Part shown: positions 1 through 8,809 of the stretch, in pieces
Numbering within the stretch: the first letter of the stretch is position 1
How the letters are laid out: every line of letters begins with the position of its first letter
IMG/VR virus record: IMGVR_UViG_3300017971_000310
Coordinates: 1-60,228 of that record
DNA: 60,228 nucleotides
Source of the DNA: a virus
Taxonomy: Duplodnaviria > Caudoviricetes
Strand: one strand, 5' to 3'
Notes under the pieces: model-generated
Seen by the model: only the letters and a program-made list of their open reading frames with translations
Told to the model about the DNA's origin: nothing
The model's database searches: none
Position numbers and translations under genes: made by a program

Positions 1-69
1 GACCTGAACGACGCGGCCGGCGACGACGAGCAGCTAGAGTTCAATTTCTGGTACCGCAGGGATAGCTGA
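1..69 (+). CDS. 3' end of an ORF truncated by the window edge
   Basis: Open frame DLNDAAGDDEQLEFNFWYRRDS*; its TGA overlaps the ATG at 69. Confidence 0.5.
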   Translation, partial: DLNDAAGDDEQLEFNFWYRRDS

Positions 70-797
70 TGAACATTCAGCGTCTCAGTAGATCACATCG
101 GCGGCGGATCTTTGGCGGGTACGATAGAAAGGTGTTGGCCTACGGGCCTATCGCGTATTGGCCGCTGTGGGAAGCGGCCGGCAGCGTGGCGGAGTGCCTG
201 GTCAACCCGGCGCAGAATGGGACGTATGTTGGCGTCACACTTGGGCAAAATGGCATCGGCGACGGTAACACCGCCCCGTTCTTTGACGGGACTAACGATT
301 ACGTCGACTGCGGCACAGCCACCCTGTACGGCGCTTTTAAGCCAGACATCGGCACAGCTCTCGTTTGGTGCAAGGTCAACGCCGCCGCTGTCTGGACGGA
401 CGGGATCAGCAGACAAGCAATCTTTACTCAATACAACAACATCAACTACCTGATGTTGAAGAAAGACAATGAGGACAACCGCGCCGAGCTGCTGTACAAA
501 GCGGATGGTACTACAAAGCCCATAAACATCACATCTTACTCCAATGCTGCATGGTTTGTAATGGCGGTGACGTGGGACAAGGGGAACGACCAGGAGAAAG
601 GTTTCATTGATGGCGTACAACAAGGCCCGACACAAACAGGCCTGGGCACCTGGAATCCCGCGAACGCTATCATCAGGTTCCTGATTGGGGCCTACAACAC
701 AACCCCTATCCAGGCGTGGCATGGCTGGCTGGCGCACGCGGCGCTATGGGATCGTGTCCTTTCACCGGCCGCTATGCTTGACCTATCTACCGTGTGA
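69..797 (+). CDS. LamG/concanavalin A-like jelly-roll protein
   Basis: PIAYWPL..FDGTNDYV..WFVMAVTWD..FIDGVQ..LAHAALWDRVLS pattern typical of LamG-like domains. Confidence 0.75.
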   Translation: MNIQRLSRSHRRRIFGGYDRKVLAYGPIAYWPLWEAAGSVAECLVNPAQNGTYVGVTLGQNGIGDGNTAPFFDGTNDYVDCGTATLYGAFKPDIGTALVWCKVNAAAVWTDGISRQAIFTQYNNINYLMLKKDNEDNRAELLYKADGTTKPINITSYSNAAWFVMAVTWDKGNDQEKGFIDGVQQGPTQTGLGTWNPANAIIRFLIGAYNTTPIQAWHGWLAHAALWDRVLSPAAMLDLSTV

Positions 798-1255
798 GGC
801 AACGTAGTATGAACCGACACGTCTACTTTGGCATCGAGAACCTGAACTTGAACGCCAGCCAGCGTCAGGTGCTGGTGGAGGCCCTGCGCGGCCTCGGGCC
901 GGCTGGCGACCGGCAGCCGGCGCACCTGTGTCATTGGCGGACCCGGTTAGACGGCGAGGCGGCCATCTTTGAAGCGCTGTTCGATGAGAGCAGGATCACG
1001 GTGCAGGCTTTCAAGAACCGGTTGGGCGTGATATTTGGCGTTGATCCGAACAGTATCGACCAGGCGGTTAGCAACGTCACCTTCGGCGCCAGGGACACCG
1101 CCGTCGTGACGTTCTCGCGCAACAGCACCGACTATCTAAGGGTGGCCTTCTTCGGCTACGACGGGGTGGACTGGCCAACGTGGGATGAGAGCCGGGTAGA
1201 GACACTGGCATACCTGGCAGCGAATCAAGAGGAATGGGAGCCGGAGGAGCTGTGA
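794..1255 (+). CDS. hypothetical protein
   Basis: 153-aa ORF overlapping both neighbours by 4 nt (GTGA coupling). Confidence 0.65.
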   Translation: MRQRSMNRHVYFGIENLNLNASQRQVLVEALRGLGPAGDRQPAHLCHWRTRLDGEAAIFEALFDESRITVQAFKNRLGVIFGVDPNSIDQAVSNVTFGARDTAVVTFSRNSTDYLRVAFFGYDGVDWPTWDESRVETLAYLAANQEEWEPEEL

Positions 1256-2094
1256 GTGTTATACTCGATTTGAGAGTATTTATCCCGCTTGTTTTGATTG
1301 GAATGTCGCCGGTATCTCCAGGGACCGTCGTGGTACCTGAACCGAGTCCGCACCGCTACACGGCAGGCTTGCACGGAATGGTCGAGACCGAAGCGATGGG
1401 CAGTTACTCCTGGGGTCCAATGATAGCTGATGGCGGTGAGTACGAACGGATGCCAATGATCCGCGACTGGGATGATCTGACGGAGCAGGTTCTCAATCAG
1501 CTCACCTCCACGAATATCGTCGCCACGCTGGGAGGCAACTCTGCCTGGCTGATGCTCTTTAACGAGCCGGACCTGCCCGAGCCAGTGGGCGCTGATGCAA
1601 CCATTGACACGGTCGTCAGGGCTCAGGCCATCACCGAAGCTCTGTTTCCCGACCGCTTGCTCGTCTCGCCGGCCTACTCGCAACACAACTACAGACACGT
1701 TGAGCAGGTGTATGACAGATTTTCCGAGATCTATAGCCGGCCACCTCGGTGGGACGCTCTTGCCTTTCACTGCTACTTTTACGATGGCCCCACACTGACA
1801 CGGTGCACGCACATCGTCGACTGGTACGTGGCCAAAGCTGCCGAGTGGGGGATAGCTGAGGTGTGGTGTAGTGAGTTTGCATCGGTCGCACGAGTGACCC
1901 CAAGTGGCCCGCTGTGGGAACCGGCGGTGACAAGAGGGCGGGACTTTATCGACTATATGGACGCGGCGGGCGTGGCCCGCTGGTTCTGGTACGGCTATGG
2001 CTTCCCGCCCAGCTACACCTCTAGCCTGGTCTACGAGGAAGGAACGTTGTCCGGACTGCTGACCCCACTAGGCGAGATGTATAAGCAGCGATGA
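1252..2094 (+). CDS. glycoside hydrolase, clan GH-A (GH128-like catalytic core)
   Basis: LMLFNEPDL (acid/base), WDALAFHCY and VWCSEF (nucleophile) motifs; hydrophobic N-terminus; GTG 1252 is coupled to the upstream stop. Confidence 0.65.
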   Translation: MSVILDLRVFIPLVLIGMSPVSPGTVVVPEPSPHRYTAGLHGMVETEAMGSYSWGPMIADGGEYERMPMIRDWDDLTEQVLNQLTSTNIVATLGGNSAWLMLFNEPDLPEPVGADATIDTVVRAQAITEALFPDRLLVSPAYSQHNYRHVEQVYDRFSEIYSRPPRWDALAFHCYFYDGPTLTRCTHIVDWYVAKAAEWGIAEVWCSEFASVARVTPSGPLWEPAVTRGRDFIDYMDAAGVARWFWYGYGFPPSYTSSLVYEEGTLSGLLTPLGEMYKQR

Positions 2095-2160
2095 TGGTGA
2101 CACAGCATCGAGGAGATCGTGCCCGAGGGCGCGGTGATAAGGGACCAAGGATGGTGACCA

Positions 2161-2964
2161 ATGACCGACTACTACATTGACCCAAGGATGGGGAACGATC
2201 GAGACCCGGGGCTGACGCCGGTGGCGCCGTGGGCGACATTGCACAATGTTCCCGGCTATCCATTTGTGCCGGGCGACCGAGTGCTGTTGGCCCGGGGCGG
2301 GGTGTGGGACCACGGGCTGACGGTCAACGCCGACGACATCTCAGTGGGCGCGTATGGCCAGGGCGACCTGCCGCGCATCGAACAGGACGGCCGGGCGGTC
2401 GAGATCAACGGGTACCACGTGCGCCTGTGGGACCTGGAGATCGTGGGCGGGCTATCGGGTATCCGGCTGTGGGGTGCGCACAACTTGGTCGCGGGATGCA
2501 CTGTCCGCGACGTGGTGGGCGAGAACGACGGGGTTGGTTTCTGGATGCTCAATCACAACAACGAGGTGGGCTACTGCACGATCCTGAACTGTAGCCACCC
2601 GCACCCGCAATGGGGGTGCGACGGCGGTGCCTTCGAGTGGTTCTGGTACGCAGATGACTGTTGGATCCACCACAACGTAGCGGTGAACTGCTGCGGTTTC
2701 CTGGAGGTCGGCACGTACGAGGGCCAAGGATCGGCCAGGCGGGCGCGGGTGGAGCACAACCTGAGTATCAATAATCGGGTGTTCTCCTATATGCACGGAG
2801 CAGGGAGCGATTGGGGCACGGAGATCGAGGACTTTGCCATTCGGTACAATACGATCGTAGAGTTGCCGGACTTGTACCAGGGCTATCTGTTTGGCGGCGA
2901 CTTGAGCGGGGCGGTGATCGGGGAGAATGTGATTTATACACCTGATCGGGTGGTGATGCCGTGA
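2161..2964 (+). CDS. right-handed parallel beta-helix (pectate-lyase-like) protein
   Basis: YYIDPRMGND..PWATL..PGDRVLLARGGVW..GAYGQGDLPRI N-terminus followed by beta-helix-like repeats. Confidence 0.7.
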   Translation: MTDYYIDPRMGNDRDPGLTPVAPWATLHNVPGYPFVPGDRVLLARGGVWDHGLTVNADDISVGAYGQGDLPRIEQDGRAVEINGYHVRLWDLEIVGGLSGIRLWGAHNLVAGCTVRDVVGENDGVGFWMLNHNNEVGYCTILNCSHPHPQWGCDGGAFEWFWYADDCWIHHNVAVNCCGFLEVGTYEGQGSARRARVEHNLSINNRVFSYMHGAGSDWGTEIEDFAIRYNTIVELPDLYQGYLFGGDLSGAVIGENVIYTPDRVVMP

Positions 2965-3107
2965 GACGTAGTACGTAAGGAAGTGCATTATGACGACGTT
3001 TCCAACGCGGGCGCTTTTGGAAGGCGGGTCGACGCATCGGGGCACCCCTATTTGGCCCAAGCCCCAGCGGCTTTTAGAGTTATTAAGGATATAACACGGA
3101 CAATAGC

Positions 3108-3260
3108 ATGACAAAGCGTAAGCTATTAGCAATATGGGCATTCCCATTCTGGTTGATCGGACGTATAGTAGGGCTAGCAGTGGCCATGCTTAAGTGGGCG
3201 ATGTATGCAATCATCACAGGATATTGGGAGGGGAGGGAGTTAATTGAATCTGTTAGATAG
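3108..3260 (+). CDS. small membrane protein upstream of portal
   Basis: 50-aa ORF MTKRKLLAIWAFPFWLIGRIVGLAVAMLKWAMYAII..., hydrophobic, overlaps the portal start; below the ORF-track cutoff. Confidence 0.55.
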   Translation: MTKRKLLAIWAFPFWLIGRIVGLAVAMLKWAMYAIITGYWEGRELIESVR

Positions 3261-6240
3261 AATTATAAAGACCTCCCGTCGTAATGTATATGGGACTAAG
3301 AAGCTCCCGTTCATTTGGCCGGATTGGAGGGGCGGTACTCCGCAGTGGCACATAGTTGACCTGCAATCATATATTAATGAGGGATTTAACCTCAATACGT
3401 TAATTTATTCTGCAATTATGTACAAAGTTCGTGCCATTGGCCAAGCCCCGCTACGGGCATATACTGGGGATTTTAAGCATCCGGAGGTATTACCCCCAGA
3501 CCACCCTATGACTATGTTGGCGGCCAGGCCAAATGAGCATCAATCGTTCAAGGAGTTTCAGGGGCAGAATATTGTTTATCTGAATCTGGCTGGGAACTGT
3601 TACATATTCCTCGACTACGAAAAGATCACAGACAAAATGCCACGAGCCATGTATTCACTACGGCCGGACAGAACGTATGTAATACCAGACAAGGGCAAGC
3701 CGGGCATTAAGGGCTATTTATACGTTCCAGAGGGGACCGCTGTGCGGGATGGGGTTCCTATTTTACCTCAGCATATGATACATACAAAGTTCCCTAATCC
3801 CGGTGACCCATTAGAGGGGATGGGGGAGGGGCTATCCCCAATGAGTCCATTGGCACGTAGTGCAGATGTAGATAATAGTGTAACTCACTTTTTGAAGCTG
3901 TTCTTCGAGAAGGGCGTTATGATGCCCGGTCTGTTAAGTTTTCCAGAGCCATTGGACGATACTACTATAGCAGAAACACGTCAACGTTGGAAGGACATCT
4001 ACGGCGGGTATCTAAATTGGGCCGAAGAGATCGGAATGGTTGGGCGTGGGGCCACATACCAACGTATTGGCCTATCGTTTGAGGAAATGGGATTTGGGGA
4101 GTTAGATACACGTAACGAGACGCGTATTTTGGGGCCGTTCGGGGTCCCTCCTATTCTAATCGGGGCTAAGGCGGGACTTGAGAGTTCAACATATAGTAAT
4201 TATGGTCAGGCTAGAAAGGCGTGTTGGGAGGATACATTAGTTCCCGAGCTTGGGCTATATGAGGTAGATTTTCAATATTATCTTAAGCATCCGGACGGAT
4301 GGGTGGCGTTCGATACAAGCAAGGTCCCAGCCCTACAGAAAGACATTCCCACATTGGTTACAGCGGCCCATCAGATGTGGACAATGGGTGTCCCAGCCAA
4401 TCAGGCGTTCTATACAGTGGGATTGAATGTGGAGCCTGTACCAGGCGGGGATATTGGGTATCTACCGATGGCGATTATACCTACTGGAACGGAGCCAGGG
4501 GGAACCCCAGTTATGCCGGAGCCGCCGGTCCGTCCAGTCGATCAAGAGGAAATGCGGCGAAAAAAAGTTCCTGGCCCCTCAGGGGCCTGGAAACTTAGGT
4601 TCTGGAAGGCATTTGATGTACAGGCTAAGAACTGGGAGGGAGCATTTGGACTAGCAGCAGATAGCCAATTTGAGGTAGATAAGCGGGGTGTACTGGCTGC
4701 GCTACACAGAGGTAAGGCAAGGGCTATACAAGACAAGGCTACCATAAACTGGAGTCGTGTCGAAGAGGACGTTTACAACTATTTGAGAAACGCTGGTGAA
4801 GGGTGGAGGTCTACGTTCGTACCATTGTACCAGGGTTTGATAGAAGATAGAGCACAAGTGTTGACTGAACAATTCGGCATGTCGTTTGATGTGCGGAACT
4901 GGTTAGCTGAGGCGTTTCTGACTGACCCAGAGTTTGTGATACCGTTTGCCGAGCAGCCACTTATTGATACCACACAAGAACACGTCAAGCAATTATTGCA
5001 AGCTGCTCAAGAGAATGGATGGGGCATTGACGAGACTTCCAATAACCTGGAGAAACTATTCAACCAGTACGTTGTCGGGGATGGACGACCAGAGGACTTT
5101 TGGTTCCTAGAACGTATGCCACCTCACCGCCGGGAATACATTGCAAGGACAGAAACTATACGGGCCAGCAATTATGGTAGTTTCGAGACATACAAGGCTT
5201 GGGGGGCAGAAGGTAAGGAGTGGTTATCGACACCGGATAATAGGACCAGGGATACCCACGTAGAAGTCAATGGGCAGAAGCGGAAGATAGACGAACCGTT
5301 TGATGTAGGTGGGGAGAAACTGATGTACCCAGCTGATCCTGCTGGTAGTGCTAAAGAAGTTCTCCAATGTCGTTGCACAACCTTGCCCGTATTGAAGATG
5401 GAAGAGCCCTCCTTTGACCGGGCAGTGGAACAGTTAGATGCATATAATTGGAAGGTAGGCGAAGATACTTATGTAGAGATGTTGAAAAAGTCAGATCCCA
5501 GATGGGATAGGGGAAAACTTAATGCCAGGCAGATTGGCCTAATCCGTGTTGGGGATCAAGAGACATTGATTTTGGCAGATGGTGTGTGGGAAGGCGGGAA
5601 GCTAATAGATGTGTCTGCCAAACAACGAAACAGTCTGATCGAAGAAGCAGTCATACCATGGCTACAGAAGATTCCTGGGGAACATGTACAAGGATTACAT
5701 CGTGTTGTGTTTACAAATAATGTTTCTGGTATGGCAAGTGGTGATTATCATTCCATAGCCCTAAAATATAGAACCGGGGTGATGGAAAATGCAGCGGGAT
5801 GGATAAACATACATGGGTGGCAGGAATATTATGAGCATGGTGGAGTAGCTAATATAGTCAGTACGCTGAAGCATGAGTTGGGCCATCATGTATGGGATTA
5901 TGTCTTAAGTGATGCGGATAGGATAAGGTATGCTAATGGTTTGGGTATCCCAACAAGTGATCCGCATGCTTTGGGATATCAGTATGAGAATTTTGATACG
6001 CTAAGGCTGGTGTATGAGACTGAGGTTGGGAAAGATATACCAATGATCAGTTACTATGGACAGACAAATGTATTTGAGGATTTTGCAGAATTATATAAAG
6101 GATATAGCAGTATTGCGGGAGAAATGGATAATTCCATAAATTATGAATCTTATAGTAGTTTACGTATACTATTTGACCCATATACACAGCAAGCGGTCGA
6201 TTTAAGAATGGCCTTATTGAGGGGGGATATATGGCCATGA
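3244..6240 (+). CDS. portal protein fused to MuF minor head domain and C-terminal zinc metallopeptidase
   Basis: HK97-like portal motifs (LNLAGNCY, GLSPM, FGVPPILIG, TYSNY); MuF motifs IARTET, KEWLSTPDNRTRDTH, CRC; C-terminal HELGH plus SYYG..FEDFAE. Confidence 0.85.
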   Translation: MNLLDRIIKTSRRNVYGTKKLPFIWPDWRGGTPQWHIVDLQSYINEGFNLNTLIYSAIMYKVRAIGQAPLRAYTGDFKHPEVLPPDHPMTMLAARPNEHQSFKEFQGQNIVYLNLAGNCYIFLDYEKITDKMPRAMYSLRPDRTYVIPDKGKPGIKGYLYVPEGTAVRDGVPILPQHMIHTKFPNPGDPLEGMGEGLSPMSPLARSADVDNSVTHFLKLFFEKGVMMPGLLSFPEPLDDTTIAETRQRWKDIYGGYLNWAEEIGMVGRGATYQRIGLSFEEMGFGELDTRNETRILGPFGVPPILIGAKAGLESSTYSNYGQARKACWEDTLVPELGLYEVDFQYYLKHPDGWVAFDTSKVPALQKDIPTLVTAAHQMWTMGVPANQAFYTVGLNVEPVPGGDIGYLPMAIIPTGTEPGGTPVMPEPPVRPVDQEEMRRKKVPGPSGAWKLRFWKAFDVQAKNWEGAFGLAADSQFEVDKRGVLAALHRGKARAIQDKATINWSRVEEDVYNYLRNAGEGWRSTFVPLYQGLIEDRAQVLTEQFGMSFDVRNWLAEAFLTDPEFVIPFAEQPLIDTTQEHVKQLLQAAQENGWGIDETSNNLEKLFNQYVVGDGRPEDFWFLERMPPHRREYIARTETIRASNYGSFETYKAWGAEGKEWLSTPDNRTRDTHVEVNGQKRKIDEPFDVGGEKLMYPADPAGSAKEVLQCRCTTLPVLKMEEPSFDRAVEQLDAYNWKVGEDTYVEMLKKSDPRWDRGKLNARQIGLIRVGDQETLILADGVWEGGKLIDVSAKQRNSLIEEAVIPWLQKIPGEHVQGLHRVVFTNNVSGMASGDYHSIALKYRTGVMENAAGWINIHGWQEYYEHGGVANIVSTLKHELGHHVWDYVLSDADRIRYANGLGIPTSDPHALGYQYENFDTLRLVYETEVGKDIPMISYYGQTNVFEDFAELYKGYSSIAGEMDNSINYESYSSLRILFDPYTQQAVDLRMALLRGDIWP

Positions 6241-6437
6241 TACAAGGGGATACAGTTAGAATATATTCTAATCCAGATAATGGACGGCGTGAGAATTATC
6301 CTTTTGAGGGCTGGAGATATTATACGGAATATATACATACTGAGAATGGTATATCTTGTGCTAGTGGAGTGAATCGAGAGATGGTTTCTGGTAATAATAC
6401 TTTGGATCAGGGTAATTCCCAGGATGAAGATGTATAA
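6231..6437 (+). CDS. small hypothetical protein (possible cognate immunity protein)
   Basis: 68-aa ORF overlapping the end of the MuF-peptidase gene; function inferred from position only. Confidence 0.4.
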   Translation: MAMIQGDTVRIYSNPDNGRRENYPFEGWRYYTEYIHTENGISCASGVNREMVSGNNTLDQGNSQDEDV

Positions 6438-6637
6438 TCACCATCTACTTCGCCAAGGCGCTTTCCTGTATAGGTTGTCTTACATGTCTGGATTAAATTG
6501 AGTAATCTAGTTTGGGATGATATGGAAATATTATTATGTCTATATTGTACATATGCACCAGTCCTTTTACATATTCGCCAAATTCTTACATCTATTTGTC
6601 TATTAGTATGATCTGTAAATATATCGATAATTTTCAT
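6407..6637 (-). CDS. hypothetical protein
   Basis: 76-aa ORF directly downstream of 6644..7174 on the same strand. Confidence 0.5.
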   Translation of the reverse strand: MKIIDIFTDHTNRQIDVRIWRICKRTGAYVQYRHNNISISSQTRLLNLIQTCKTTYTGKRLGEVDGDYTSSSWELP

Positions 6638-6643
6638 AATAAT

Positions 6644-7174
6644 TCAAAGGATGGGCTTGAGCCATAGGGATTTACGTTTGCCCTGTAAGCGTAAGCGCAG
6701 CTCCCTTCGCCATTCGAGCCAGTGGGTTGATGTGAACATGTGTTTCATTACAAATTGGGCAACCAACTCAGGGTTATCGGGTAATGTTATTAGGGAATCT
6801 AGGGGAACTTCCCATGCGGCTATTGATAGAATGTTGCCCCAGCAAAAGCATACTACTCGATTGAATAGTCTATGCCTATTATGAGGGGGATAAGGCGCAT
6901 TGGTAGGGGTGACCAATATACCGCCACAGGATTTTCTGGCTCCAGCAGAACAAGTTATATTCATTCTGTGTACCCTATCATCGAAGGAGCATAACAACCC
7001 GTCTTTCCAGGGCATAGTGATGGGGCCACAGTCTCCCCATAGCCAATTATATACATGGGCTAATGTGGGGTAGTATGTATGATATGTAGCAGGAAATGTA
7101 TGTAAGTGCTCTTTTCTGGTGTTCTTATTGAAGGTTATTGTTTTTTCTGGTATATAGACAGTTTTTGTTTCCAT
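6644..7174 (-). CDS. hypothetical protein, probably leaderless
   Basis: ATG at 7174 (METKTVY) lies 6 nt after the -10 box of a repeated promoter, with no SD. Confidence 0.6.
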   Translation of the reverse strand: METKTVYIPEKTITFNKNTRKEHLHTFPATYHTYYPTLAHVYNWLWGDCGPITMPWKDGLLCSFDDRVHRMNITCSAGARKSCGGILVTPTNAPYPPHNRHRLFNRVVCFCWGNILSIAAWEVPLDSLITLPDNPELVAQFVMKHMFTSTHWLEWRRELRLRLQGKRKSLWLKPIL

Positions 7175-7180
7175 GATAAT

Positions 7181-7208
7181 AGTATACCACAAGAAATGGT
7201 CTTGTAAA
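7181..7208 (-). promoter_or_regulatory. sigma70-type promoter, phage consensus copy 1
   Basis: TTTACA-16 nt-TATACT with TG extension (AGTTTACAAGACCATTTCTTGTGGTATACT). Confidence 0.75.
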
Positions 7209-7224
7209 CTAAGGAGGGCTAATT

Positions 7225-8796
7225 ATGCTTATAGAACGAGAATATAAACGGAGACCTGCTTTTGTAACAAAGGCAGACGAAAATGAGGGAATAGTAGAAG
7301 CAATCTTTGCAGTTATGGGGGTTGTCGATGAGGGACTTGATAGGATACATAATGGGGCTTTTGCTAAGACTTTTGTAGAACGTGGGCATAAGGTCAGGTT
7401 GCTTGATTCCCATAATGCCCACAGTGTTCTCAACTCATTGGGTAAAGTGATGGCATTGAAAGAAATAGGGGAAGGGGATTTGCCAATTGACTTGGTGAAA
7501 GCCTATCCTGACGCAACCGGAGGCGCTTGGGCACAACTTAAGTTCAATCTCAACACTGCAAACGGGCACGACGCCTTTCAGCACATAAGGGCGGGGGATG
7601 TAGATGAATGGTCTTTTGCCTACGATGCTACCAATAAAGATTTTGAGGATATAGAAGGGCCAGATGGAGCTACACAACAGATACGTAACCTGAAGGAACT
7701 ACGTCTGTACGAAGTGAGCCCTACGGTGTTCGGGATGAACCCTGCCACAACCACAGTCGGGGCCAAAAGTAAGGACACAAAGACGTGGACTTTTGTGATA
7801 AATGAAGGCAAGTATTGTGTCTATGAAGTGGGCACTGATGGTCACGCCGTAGGGGATATACTCAAACGCTTTGACAAACAAGAAGAGGCTGAGACATATA
7901 TTGGTTCGCTTATGGGTGTCAAAGAAGGCAAGCCTTGGGATGTAGTCACAGAAGGTGGGCAGTATTGTGTCTACAAGGTGGATGCAGATGGCAACCCCAC
8001 TGGTGAGGCAATGAGCTGCTACGATAATGAGAGCGATGCACAGGACTATGTAGCGGCTCTATACGCTAACACAGAAGAAGAATTCAGTAAGCAGGAACCA
8101 GGGGGACCCGAGACTTGTGTCTGCCCAGATTGTGGGTACGAAACAGAGAAAGAACGCGGAATTCCCTGCCGTTCTATGGAGTGCCCGGAATGTGGGGTAT
8201 CCCTGGTGGCTGGTACGACTGAGACAGATTCTGTGGATAAGTCCGTTAATTTATCCGAAATGGTTAATACAGTCAGGGCCGCTTTTGAGGGCGAACATAA
8301 CGCAGAGGATGGTCCTTGGGATTACTGGGTTGCTACAGTGTATGACGACTATGTAGTGGTGGAGTATTATCCAGAGGGCAAACATTATGCTGTGTCTTAT
8401 GCTAGAAACGAAGATGGTATAGCATTTGCAGATAAGGATACTTGGGTAGAGGGTAGCTTGGAATTTGTACCCAACGTGGAAGTTGAAGAAATGACAGATC
8501 CATTGGAGAATATAGAGACCACTATAATTAATATCATCGACGGTAAGGCCGGGCGTGTTCTAGCCCAGCGTAACGCGGACCGCTTGGTGGGTGCGTTGCA
8601 AACCTTGCTAGATGTACTAGAGGACGCTGGTATCGACGTACCAGGGTACGAATCTGGTTCCTACGAAGAGCCAGAGGAAGATGAGGATGAGGACGAGAAA
8701 GCCTCCGCCGCACAAGAGGCCGGGCCGATAGAGATATCACCCACCTTCAGCACGGAGATAGAAAAAGAATTAATAGACATAGAACTTTATTTATAG
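7225..8796 (+). CDS. HK97-family prohead protease with long C-terminal extension
   Basis: D.IHNGAFAKT, LLDSHN, DEWSFAY, LYEVSPTVFGMNP; then two YCVY repeats, a CxCxxC..CxxC motif and an acidic tail; SD AAGGAG. Confidence 0.85.
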   Translation: MLIEREYKRRPAFVTKADENEGIVEAIFAVMGVVDEGLDRIHNGAFAKTFVERGHKVRLLDSHNAHSVLNSLGKVMALKEIGEGDLPIDLVKAYPDATGGAWAQLKFNLNTANGHDAFQHIRAGDVDEWSFAYDATNKDFEDIEGPDGATQQIRNLKELRLYEVSPTVFGMNPATTTVGAKSKDTKTWTFVINEGKYCVYEVGTDGHAVGDILKRFDKQEEAETYIGSLMGVKEGKPWDVVTEGGQYCVYKVDADGNPTGEAMSCYDNESDAQDYVAALYANTEEEFSKQEPGGPETCVCPDCGYETEKERGIPCRSMECPECGVSLVAGTTETDSVDKSVNLSEMVNTVRAAFEGEHNAEDGPWDYWVATVYDDYVVVEYYPEGKHYAVSYARNEDGIAFADKDTWVEGSLEFVPNVEVEEMTDPLENIETTIINIIDGKAGRVLAQRNADRLVGALQTLLDVLEDAGIDVPGYESGSYEEPEEDEDEDEKASAAQEAGPIEISPTFSTEIEKELIDIELYL

Positions 8797-8809
8797 GAGG
8801 AATAAACAA

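Noticed and set aside
93-3147. Long minus-strand ORFs (93..737, 1225..1812, 2452..3147)
   Set aside because: Antisense shadows of GC-rich plus-strand genes that have clear domain motifs.
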